Below, in pieces: positions 28,335 to 35,472 of a stretch of DNA of 36,313 nt. The stretch's first letter is position 1; every line of letters begins with the position of its first letter. The stretch is from IMG/VR virus record IMGVR_UViG_3300037408_000776, positions 1 through 36,313 of that record; one strand, given 5' to 3'. The DNA is from a virus. Lineage: Duplodnaviria > Caudoviricetes. The translations under genes were made by a program, and so were the position numbers. The notes beneath the pieces were generated by a model. It searched no databases. It was not told the DNA's origin and was given only the letters and a program-made list of their open reading frames with translations.

Positions 28335-29134
28335 CTCGGCTGTCCCAGATTCAGTTCGGCCTTCCACTCATGCTGACACGACGGGCACGAAAAGTCGACA
28401 TTGGTGTCGACGTGCCCCTCGTACTTTTCAAACAGCTCGCGGATCTCGTTCCGGTCGCGCGTGGGGAGCGCCTTGAGCGCGGCCATCGCCACACGCAGGT
28501 GCTTTTCGTCGCGGTTGACAGCCACACCATCGATGGCATCGACCCGGGCCATGATACCCAACGTCAGCACGTCCTCCTTCTTCTTGGTCTTGGTGGTCAG
28601 CCACTCCTCGTCCGTGCTCGACATGATGTGCCAGTTCACCACGCGCCCCGACTTGAGCGTGTGCTCGAACGTGCGCAACAGCGGATCCTCCATGGCGTGC
28701 GTCTCCACCTCCGCCAGGTTCAGCGCGTATCGCACCTCCTCCCGACAATCGGGATTCGGGCATTGCACCTTCACGTCGTAGAAGTCGCCCAGGGACACCC
28801 GCCGGATCGCCAGGAGCGCCATCATGCGATCACTGGCCGTCAACGTGACCACCGCCCGCCCAATGGCCGCTCGATCTTCGATGGCCCCGATCCGCTTGGT
28901 GCAATTCGCGATGATCTGGTTCAGGCGCGGCAGGACCGGCCCCTTGCCCGCGAGCAGATCCTCCTCGTAGCCGGTCATCTCGGTCACCACGAGGTCGCGA
29001 TGCACCACCCCCGCCTCATCGAGGTAGCCACAGGGCAGCTCCACCGCCAGCGTGCTCGCACCAATGTCCATCATGTGGCCCTTGGTCAGCGCGACTTCTT
29101 TGCTCTCCACCTGGGTCTCATCAGCCATCATCAT
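28310..29134 (-). CDS. Tail/baseplate-hub assembly chaperone (T4 gp26-like, two Cys pairs)
   Basis: LPCGY, EMTG.EED.L, DR...L.AIRR.SLG, CPNPDC, CPSC, ends QPSFFFPSAS; upstream of the tape measure. Start may be the third ATG at 29128. Confidence 0.8.
   Translation of the reverse strand: MMMADETQVESKEVALTKGHMMDIGASTLAVELPCGYLDEAGVVHRDLVVTEMTGYEEDLLAGKGPVLPRLNQIIANCTKRIGAIEDRAAIGRAVVTLTASDRMMALLAIRRVSLGDFYDVKVQCPNPDCREEVRYALNLAEVETHAMEDPLLRTFEHTLKSGRVVNWHIMSSTDEEWLTTKTKKKEDVLTLGIMARVDAIDGVAVNRDEKHLRVAMAALKALPTRDRNEIRELFEKYEGHVDTNVDFSCPSCQHEWKAELNLGQPSFFFPSAS
28328..28334 (-). other. Programmed -1 ribosomal frameshift slippery heptamer T TTT TTC
   Basis: X XXY YYZ pattern in frame with the chaperone, five codons before its stop; -1 frame open to 28116. 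Confidence 0.75.
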
Positions 29135-29313
29135 CCTCCTGCTTGTTTACGCTGTGCATCCAGGGCCAGGCGTTCCGATTCCGCACGCCGCTCCTGTCTA
29201 ACCCATCCCACGATCAGCTCGCGGGTCACGTCTGACACGGACCGACCGAGCGCCTCCGCGCGTGCGCGAAACTCGTCCAACAGGTCATCTTGACACTCCA
29301 CGTTCAGCCGCAT
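29131..29313 (-). CDS. Ribbon-helix-helix (CopG/Arc-like) DNA-binding protein (60 aa)
   Basis: MRLNVEC strand, DDLLDEFRARAEALG helix, RSVSDVTRELI helix; GAGG 7 nt upstream; ATGA overlap with the chaperone gene. Confidence 0.75.
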   Translation of the reverse strand: MRLNVECQDDLLDEFRARAEALGRSVSDVTRELIVGWVRQERRAESERLALDAQRKQAGG

Positions 29314-29341
29314 GCGCACACCTCACTCACATCTTGCACAT

Positions 29342-29371
29342 AGCGTACTCAAGATGACGTCAACCTGTCAA
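29342..29371 (-). promoter_or_regulatory. Candidate sigma70-like promoter for the RHH-tail operon with overlapping inverted repeat
   Basis: Minus strand TTGACA-N18-TACGCT; CATCTTG (29330-29336) and CAAGATG (29350-29356) flank the -10. Confidence 0.5.
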
Positions 29372-29387
29372 CCTCGACCAACCTGGA

Positions 29388-29405
29388 GAGCACCGAGCGG
29401 TGCTC
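29388..29405. other. Palindrome between the divergent promoters
   Basis: GAGCACCG-AG-CGGTGCTC. Confidence 0.5.
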
Positions 29406-29431
29406 CCCAACTCCAAGGCGATGGCAGACTG

Positions 29432-29460
29432 TTGACAAACGCATTTGCAGCGGTTAAGCT
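29432..29460 (+). promoter_or_regulatory. Sigma70-like (early) promoter P1
   Basis: TTGACA-N17-TAAGCT; near-duplicate of the promoter at 30750. Confidence 0.8.
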
Positions 29461-29503
29461 GAGAGACACAGATGGCGGTCGCGATGACCGCTCGGAGGAT
29501 GCC

Positions 29504-29734
29504 ATGCTAATCGAGAAGACAATCATTGCCAGCATCTACGACCGCGACGACCACGACATCGCCTGGGCCATTCCCGAAGGCATGGTCCTCTACGACGTCC
29601 GCCTCGCCGACAAGGACGATGGGGAGTATGACCACAAGGATCAGCCCATGATCATCCGTTACGGGACGCTGGCCGACATCGTTGCCACCGTCCCAGGCTG
29701 CCGGTTCATCCCGGCCACTGAGGAGGCCGCATGA
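29504..29734 (+). CDS. Hypothetical acidic early protein (76 aa, MLIEKTIIAS...)
   Basis: GGAGG RBS at 29494-29498; ATGA overlap with next gene; the longer 29312 start would run through the promoters. Confidence 0.75.
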   Translation: MLIEKTIIASIYDRDDHDIAWAIPEGMVLYDVRLADKDDGEYDHKDQPMIIRYGTLADIVATVPGCRFIPATEEAA

Positions 29735-30099
29735 GCGTCACCTTCCAGCCCAAAGAATGCCCCGTCGTGGACGGTCCCTACGGCCCAGAACCGCAGGCGT
29801 GGATCAACTTCGCCAACGGCAACGCGGCCCGCATGCTGGACATCGCGGGGCTCCCCAACGAGCCCTGCGGCGAGGCCCCCGTCATCGACCTCCACGCCGT
29901 GGCGAATCGCCTGCTCCGCGCCCTCAACAAGCGCGAGGTCTATCACTGCGAGGACGAGCTGCTTCAACGTCCCGGCCCCGGTCGCGGCGCAGTCGTCATG
30001 TGCGGGACCACCGAGGAGCGCGAGCGCGAGCGCCTCCACGGCCTGCTCAAGGTCGTCACAACGTGCATCCAACTCAACACCGATCTGGTATGGAGCTAA
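29731..30099 (+). CDS. Hypothetical phage protein (122 aa)
   Basis: GAGGAGG RBS, translational coupling, strong C-ending codon bias. Confidence 0.8.
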   Translation: MSVTFQPKECPVVDGPYGPEPQAWINFANGNAARMLDIAGLPNEPCGEAPVIDLHAVANRLLRALNKREVYHCEDELLQRPGPGRGAVVMCGTTEERERERLHGLLKVVTTCIQLNTDLVWS

Positions 30100-30101
30100 C
30101 C

Positions 30102-30326
30102 ATGGAACACCGACCCCCCCGCTGGCAAGTCACGTTCCTGCTCGCAAGCATCGCCCTGGCCTTCGCGCTGGGCGGCCCCCTGGCGCAGCTCGCCGTGCCC
30201 GAAGCACAGGCCGACCCGACCTACCAGCAACGGCAGACCGACGCCCTGTTCGAGCGCCTCGTGCGCGCCGAAGAAGAACAAACCAGAGCGCTCCAAGAGA
30301 TCGCTCGCCAACTCGGGAGAAAATAG
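30102..30326 (+). CDS. Small secreted/membrane protein with short coiled coil (74 aa)
   Basis: MEHRPPRWQVTFLLASIALAFALGGPLAQLAVPEAQA-DPT: basic n-region, hydrophobic stretch, AQA site; GGAG upstream. Confidence 0.7.
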   Translation: MEHRPPRWQVTFLLASIALAFALGGPLAQLAVPEAQADPTYQQRQTDALFERLVRAEEEQTRALQEIARQLGRK

Positions 30327-30602
30327 ATGGCACGACTCATCCCCGTCACCGGAAATGCCGAATGGGTCACCCCCAACAATGGTGTCTCCTTCGACCTCGA
30401 CGAGCTGCAAGCCTTCGTCGGCGGCTACATCGAGTTCGTGCACTTGGACGACAACCTCATCATGTGCATCAACGAAGAAGGCAAGCTCAAAGAGCTGCCT
30501 CAGAACCCCCTAGCCACCGCCTACGCCGCTCCGAACCTGCGCGAGGGAGACTTCATCGCCGGTCCCGCGCTCGTCATGACACAGACCGAGGCGGGTGATT
30601 GA
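30327..30602 (+). CDS. DUF3846-like phage protein (91 aa)
   Basis: LDELQAFVGGYIE, NEEGKL..LP.N..AT and DFIAG.ALV signatures. Confidence 0.8.
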   Translation: MARLIPVTGNAEWVTPNNGVSFDLDELQAFVGGYIEFVHLDDNLIMCINEEGKLKELPQNPLATAYAAPNLREGDFIAGPALVMTQTEAGD

Positions 30603-30603
30603 C

Positions 30604-30619
30604 GCGAACCCAGGTTCGC
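30604..30619. repeat. Dispersed palindrome copy 5 (GCGAACCCAGGTTCGC)
   Basis: Directly after the TGA at 30600-30602; the 21-mer TGACGCGAACCCAGGTTCGCC is identical to copy 1 read on the minus strand. Confidence 0.9.
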
Positions 30620-30749
30620 CCCGTTTATCGCATAGCTATCCACAGCGCTTTTTTCGAGCTAAGGATTTTTGCATATTCCCCGTCGAATATCCAATATCTA
30701 TTCCGTTCTTGCCGTGGGTGTCATTGCCTAAAAAGCGCAAACGCAGTTG

Positions 30750-30778
30750 TTGACAAACGCCATTGACGCGGTTAACTT
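30750..30778 (+). promoter_or_regulatory. Sigma70-like (early) promoter P2
   Basis: TTGACA-N17-TAACTT with A-rich upstream sequence; spacer similar to P1. Confidence 0.8.
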
Positions 30779-30830
30779 GAGAGGCAGGCAGGATGCCGGG
30801 CGCGGATGCCCGGTCGCAACAGGAGGTTCC

Positions 30831-31286
30831 ATGGACAACGCCAGTATCATCGCCCTCTCCAAGGCCGTCAAGGAAGCTGAAGTCAAAGCCGCTCGCGCCG
30901 CCCTCACCCCGGGCGAGCATCAAGTGGACGTCACCGTGCGCATCTCCGGCCACCTGGAGATCGCTCCCGATACCGAGAAGACCTCGACGTCTTCTCTGCT
31001 CTCGGAAGAGTTCCTCATCATCGCCCTCAAGATGAGCGGGTGTACCCGCGAGCGCGCCTGCGAGATCATCTCCGATCTCGCCAAGGAGTCCGTCAACGGC
31101 GACGCCAAGGCCAACAAGGTCGCGCGCCAGGCGCTCGTCGAAGAGTACGACCCCAGCGGTCGCATCTCTGCCATTTTCGATGAAGTCAAGGCGTCTCTGC
31201 CGAAGACCAAAGTCGCGGGAGCGGCCAAGTTCAAGGGCGTCATGGTCGAAGTCTCCGCCGACGCTGCCGCCCTCAAAACCGCCTAA
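30831..31286 (+). CDS. Hypothetical early protein (151 aa, MDNASIIALSKAVK...)
   Basis: AGGAGG RBS; follows promoter P2; good codon bias; stop abuts the convergent gene. Confidence 0.8.
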   Translation: MDNASIIALSKAVKEAEVKAARAALTPGEHQVDVTVRISGHLEIAPDTEKTSTSSLLSEEFLIIALKMSGCTRERACEIISDLAKESVNGDAKANKVARQALVEEYDPSGRISAIFDEVKASLPKTKVAGAAKFKGVMVEVSADAAALKTA

Positions 31287-31619
31287 TCAATCCAGATCGA
31301 TGCCGGGGGTCGGGGGGTGCTCGCGCTCCTCCCGCGCCATGCCGCGCAGCGCCGCCTGCACGTTCCCAGCCCCGCCGACCTTGCCGCCCATCTTCTGGAG
31401 GGTGTGCACGACAACGGGGTACAGCGCCAAGCGCAGCTCGCTCATCAGCCGGGCAGTGTCGCCGTCCCGCCCGATGACGGCCTTCGCCTTGGGCTCCACC
31501 TGCGACCCCGCCAGCATGGCGTCGATCAGCTTCTCCACCTCGGCACGCCCCGAGCGGAATTCCGGCGATGCCTCCGCCAGGGTCCGCCGCACGTCATGGG
31601 CCAGTTTCCGTAACGACAT
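31287..31619 (-). CDS. Hypothetical protein, candidate internal head protein (110 aa)
   Basis: AAGGAG RBS; N-terminus MSLRKLAHDVRRTLAEA. Confidence 0.75.
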   Translation of the reverse strand: MSLRKLAHDVRRTLAEASPEFRSGRAEVEKLIDAMLAGSQVEPKAKAVIGRDGDTARLMSELRLALYPVVVHTLQKMGGKVGGAGNVQAALRGMAREEREHPPTPGIDLD

Positions 31620-31635
31620 GGTGTCTCCTTGCGCG

Positions 31636-32352
31636 CTATTCAGCGCCGATGTCGCCGCGTGCGGCGCTCTTCATCTCTCGTCCCGCCTTGGACAGCAGAC
31701 CGCCAGACACCGCCACGCCGGACACGTCAAGCGCCTTGGCGATCAGCGCCCGCAACGGCTCCAGCATGAGCCCGCTGAACATCTCCATCTGCTCGTCGTC
31801 GAGCACGCGACCGGCAATCGGAACCAGCTTCGGGCTGTCCAGCATGGCCTGCGCCATGCGATCTACCACCGCCGCGTTCACGGCCTCACCGATGCTCTCT
31901 CCCCGTGCCCGCTGGCGTGCCCGAGCGATCTGCCCGCACACCGCCTCGGGATCGTCCACGTCACCCTTGCACTTCATGTATTCCACGCAGTTGTCGAACC
32001 GCTCCCCCTTGCCGCCCTTGAACCGCCCGGTGTCAGGATCGACGTACTTCTGGGAACACGGACTGGTCGTGTCTGCCTCAGCTATCGCATGCGTTTCCAC
32101 CTCACGCAGGATCTGTCTCATGGTGCTCATCGTTCCTTCCACCTTCTGCGCTTGGGCCTGCTGTTCCTTCCAACGCGTCTTCTGCGTCTGTCGGCACTTT
32201 CCGAAGACCATCTTCGTGTTTGGAGGGCACGCCTTGCGCGTGTAGAGGCTATCTTTCGTCCCGTCAGGACGCTCCTCATGGCCAGAGATCCACCAGTTGC
32301 CATCAGCGTCCTGGTGTCTCCGCTGCACGCTCTTCTCCTCAATGCTCTTCAT
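31636..32352 (-). CDS. Hypothetical multi-segment protein, candidate internal head protein (238 aa)
   Basis: TGATG coupling and GGAGG before ATG 32352; internal MSTMRQILREVETHAIAEA; small Cys motif FDNCVEYMKCKGDVDDPEAVCGQI. Confidence 0.7.
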   Translation of the reverse strand: MKSIEEKSVQRRHQDADGNWWISGHEERPDGTKDSLYTRKACPPNTKMVFGKCRQTQKTRWKEQQAQAQKVEGTMSTMRQILREVETHAIAEADTTSPCSQKYVDPDTGRFKGGKGERFDNCVEYMKCKGDVDDPEAVCGQIARARQRARGESIGEAVNAAVVDRMAQAMLDSPKLVPIAGRVLDDEQMEMFSGLMLEPLRALIAKALDVSGVAVSGGLLSKAGREMKSAARGDIGAE

Positions 32353-32507
32353 CACGGCCCTCCCGTAGCGGGCACCGCTGGTAGCGGCGCATTGGTGCTC
32401 ATCGAAATAGGCAACGGCACGATGCCCGACGTCTTTGCCGCGCGCCAGTCCATGGCCCGCTTCCGGTTCCGCTTCTGCGCCTTCACCTTCTTCAGTTCCA
32501 CGATCAT
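32352..32507 (-). CDS. Small basic protein (51 aa, MIVELKKVKAQKRNRKRAMDW...)
   Basis: ATGA overlap upstream, TGATG overlap downstream, GGAGG RBS; not in the ORF track. Confidence 0.6.
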   Translation of the reverse strand: MIVELKKVKAQKRNRKRAMDWRAAKTSGIVPLPISMSTNAPLPAVPATGGP

Positions 32508-32839
32508 CGCGCCTCCCGTGGCCGCAACTCCAATACGGCCCCACGATCTGTACGCGTCACCTCAGCACTCCCCATATCTTCCACCATGGCGAACCGCTTG
32601 GCAAGTTGCTGCGCCACCGACATCGCGTGCCTCCCCTCGATCCGCATGGTGAGCGATACCCCTCCCGGCCGCTGCACGGCCTCGAAAACGTACCGCGACA
32701 CCAGCCGCCCGCGCACCGCGCGCTCCCCCTGCGTCCGCAGCGACCGCATCAAGCGTTGCGCCGCCTCGGTCAGCACCAGGCGCGGAGCCATCACCGGCAG
32801 GTCGTCCAGCAGCGCTCGCAGCCGGTCGTTCGAGTTCAT
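32504..32839 (-). CDS. Hypothetical protein (111 aa)
   Basis: ATGA overlap with the amidase gene; N-terminus ...RLRALLDDL...VLTEA. Confidence 0.7.
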   Translation of the reverse strand: MNSNDRLRALLDDLPVMAPRLVLTEAAQRLMRSLRTQGERAVRGRLVSRYVFEAVQRPGGVSLTMRIEGRHAMSVAQQLAKRFAMVEDMGSAEVTRTDRGAVLELRPREAR

Positions 32840-33513
32840 CCCAGCGTGCCTCCCATCACCTGCTCCAGCAGGTAACGACCGTCACTATGGCTCGCATAGT
32901 CGCGATGCGCCACGACGCCCGGCCCCGGCTTCGCATACCACCCCAACGGCGGAGCCTTCCAGCCCGCAATCTGCCGCGCCTTCGCATTCAGGCCCTTCGT
33001 CGGAAACTCATAGGGGATGCCCATGACCTCGCACAGCCAAGGAACCAGCGCCTTGACAATGGCCACCTGCACGCCCAGAGGGGCCTGGTAAGTCCGCTCA
33101 TGCCCAGGCGGCACCCACGTCCACCACTGCGCCGGGAGCACCGGCCCACGGGGATTGCGTGCGTACTCCGGCCGATACGGATTCACCACCTCGATGCCCA
33201 CCGACGTGGCGTTCAACTGGTTCCCGTGAAAGCACACGTCCGTCGCCAGATCCGCGTGACACGAGAGGTCGCCGTTCTTGCCCAGGATGAGGTGCACGCC
33301 GATCTTCTTCTGGCGCAGGGTGTCCTTGCAGCCCGTCGCGCTATTTCCCGCCGTCTCGTGCAGCACCAAGTGCTGAACCGGCTTCGTGCGCGGAGCGTTC
33401 CGCAGGTTAGGCTCACCGTCATCGATGAAGTTGTAGGCCCGACACCCCAGGTCGAGGATCGACGCGGGAACCGCAACCTTCTCACCATTCACGATCAGGC
33501 AGTTCGATGGCAT
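32836..33513 (-). CDS. N-acetylmuramoyl-L-alanine amidase (Amidase_2-like), probable endolysin
   Basis: LVLHETAG, GVHLIL..NG, FHG..LN..SVGIEV and GVVAHRD zinc-amidase motifs; GGAGG RBS. Confidence 0.85.
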   Translation of the reverse strand: MPSNCLIVNGEKVAVPASILDLGCRAYNFIDDGEPNLRNAPRTKPVQHLVLHETAGNSATGCKDTLRQKKIGVHLILGKNGDLSCHADLATDVCFHGNQLNATSVGIEVVNPYRPEYARNPRGPVLPAQWWTWVPPGHERTYQAPLGVQVAIVKALVPWLCEVMGIPYEFPTKGLNAKARQIAGWKAPPLGWYAKPGPGVVAHRDYASHSDGRYLLEQVMGGTLG

Positions 33514-34838
33514 GGGAAACCTCCGGCTTTCGCCTCCAGTAACAGGATCAGCGCCTCGAATTCAACACCCTCGGTCCTGAGCTGTGGCAACAGCACGCCC
33601 AACATCTGCTGCACTTCTGGAAGCACCGTCCGTGGACCATACGCGATCAGCATCCCCAACGCATCGCAGAACGCCTCCTCGGGAGCCTTGTGCCCATACC
33701 CAGTTACCGGGCGTCGCGTCACCTGCACCACAGGTTCTCCCCCGCCATCCAACCAACGCCGAATGTCCTCGCCGCGCTCGAACCGATAGCTCCGATCATG
33801 TCCTAGACCTTGCACCTGCAACCACCGAATCGGATCGCCCTTATAAGCCTTTGGCTCGTGAATCCAGCCATCATCTCCGATGTCTTTGAGCACCTGCCGA
33901 AGGTCCAGAGGCTCTGTGTCACCCTTGATGAATGCGTCCCAAGCGTCGCGACCTGTCTCGCTCAGAGCATTCCGGTAGATGCCATGCGCCAGCTCGTGCG
34001 CGATCACATGCGCCACCTTCTCCGGCTCTCCGTGCATCCCCCAAAAGGTAATGGTGATCTCCTGCGGGCTCCAACGTCCAGCAGCATCGCCCCCGCGCGC
34101 ATCGCCCGAGAAGATCAACACGAATGGCGGCGTATTGTGCAGCATCGACGGTAGTCTCCGCCGCGCCAACTGCCGGAACAGTGTCAATCCTCGCTCAAAC
34201 TTCTGCACGCCCTCTGCGTCAAACGCGCTCCCCGAGAAACCATCCAGACGCACCTTGAACCCAGCCAACTCGCGCAGCATCCCCGTCTTCTGATCCACCG
34301 TGAGCGACGCGCGCCCACCATGCTTAGCCCCCTTGGCAATCACTGTCGCCGCGCTCTCAAACCACTTCCACGCCTTGGGTGCTACTCGCCGCACCTTCCG
34401 ATCCCACTCTTTGGCATCCCGCGTGAAGTGATACAGGTAAATATCCTCGGGCTTCTGCCCGTAATCCGCATGGAACTTCCGATAATATTCCAGCGTGTTC
34501 CCAGGCATATTGAGATCGGATACGAATCTCCACGGATCTTTGAGATCTTTGGCCAGGTAGCGCGCATCTGATGCCAGCGCGTTATCAAACGCCGCCTCAG
34601 CCGCCCGCGCCACCTCGTCCAAAGCCTCCTTGGCCGTGTTCATGATGCGCTCCAGGAGATCCCGAAATCGGACCATTCCCGCACGGAACGTCGTCAGCTT
34701 CTCCACCGTATCCACACGCGGCACGTTCCCCACGAGTGCGAGGAAGTCCTTGCGCAGCTTCGCGATCAACTCCGGCGTCACAGCCATGGTATCTTCCATG
34801 ATCAGGCGATGCTCGTGCCGCTCTATGAGCTGTCGCAT
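33495..34838 (-). CDS. Zincin-like metallopeptidase domain protein (447 aa)
   Basis: AAGRW...I.I...VIAHELAH and downstream GYG.K.PEEAFCDA; RBS AAAGGAG. Confidence 0.75.
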   Translation of the reverse strand: MRQLIERHEHRLIMEDTMAVTPELIAKLRKDFLALVGNVPRVDTVEKLTTFRAGMVRFRDLLERIMNTAKEALDEVARAAEAAFDNALASDARYLAKDLKDPWRFVSDLNMPGNTLEYYRKFHADYGQKPEDIYLYHFTRDAKEWDRKVRRVAPKAWKWFESAATVIAKGAKHGGRASLTVDQKTGMLRELAGFKVRLDGFSGSAFDAEGVQKFERGLTLFRQLARRRLPSMLHNTPPFVLIFSGDARGGDAAGRWSPQEITITFWGMHGEPEKVAHVIAHELAHGIYRNALSETGRDAWDAFIKGDTEPLDLRQVLKDIGDDGWIHEPKAYKGDPIRWLQVQGLGHDRSYRFERGEDIRRWLDGGGEPVVQVTRRPVTGYGHKAPEEAFCDALGMLIAYGPRTVLPEVQQMLGVLLPQLRTEGVEFEALILLLEAKAGGFPCHRTA

Positions 34839-34850
34839 CTATCTCTCCTT

Positions 34851-35411
34851 TTACTCCCGCGAAAATACCTTGATCCCGTCCTCAATGGTCTCACGCACCT
34901 TCTTGGCCATGTCCTCCAAGCGCTCCGCCGGAGGAAGCATGTGCTTGCTCAGCAGCGCCGCAGCCGCCCGCTCCGGCACGCCGATGCGCGCGTAGCCCTT
35001 CAGCTCCGCCTGCGCCTCTGCCACCGCCTTGCGCATCTCCTCGACAGCGCCATCCAAGAGCTTGATCAGATTGTCTCCCTTATCGATCAGCTCGCGCGGA
35101 CTCATCTCTTTCGCCTCGTCTAACTCCGGCCCCGTCGACTCCGCGCTCTCCATGCCCCCGCTCATGAACGCCTCATCGTCCTTGGCCGCCTGGAACTCCC
35201 GCCACGCCTTGTCCTTGTTGGCCCCCGCGTAGATGGCGCCGTCCTTGTAGATCATGATCTCGTCGCCCTTCTTGTAGGGCAGCCCCTTGACGTCGGTCCC
35301 CGCCACCTTCGCCTTCGTCAGGTAGGGATCTTGGCTGTAGCCACGCCCACGCCCACGTCCGCCCCACTCCATCACCGACTGGACATCCTCGACCAATCTT
35401 CTCAACGACAT
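34851..35411 (-). CDS. Hypothetical protein, candidate internal head protein (186 aa, MSLRRLVEDVQSVME)
   Basis: GGAGG RBS before ATG 35411; charged, helical C-terminal half. Confidence 0.75.
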   Translation of the reverse strand: MSLRRLVEDVQSVMEWGGRGRGRGYSQDPYLTKAKVAGTDVKGLPYKKGDEIMIYKDGAIYAGANKDKAWREFQAAKDDEAFMSGGMESAESTGPELDEAKEMSPRELIDKGDNLIKLLDGAVEEMRKAVAEAQAELKGYARIGVPERAAAALLSKHMLPPAERLEDMAKKVRETIEDGIKVFSRE

Positions 35412-35472
35412 CGCCGTCCTCCGTATCGTTTTCGCGCTACTTCGCCGCATCGCTGGCGCTCTTGCGCCTCTT

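Noticed and set aside
18441-29134. Interpretation as a stand-alone extracellular contractile injection system or T6SS
   Set aside because: Long tape measure with frameshifting chaperone, giant fibres, DUF3846-like early genes and head-cargo-like leaders fit a phage better; no eCIS ATPase or T6SS membrane genes in the window. Not fully excluded, since no capsid gene is visible.
5426-30619. Palindrome copies as CRISPR repeats
   Set aside because: Copies are kilobases apart with no spacer array and no cas genes.
29312-30830. Extended starts of plus-strand ORFs (29312, 29682, 30747)
   Set aside because: They run through promoters or other genes; internal ATGs with RBS at 29504, 30102 and 30831 fit better.
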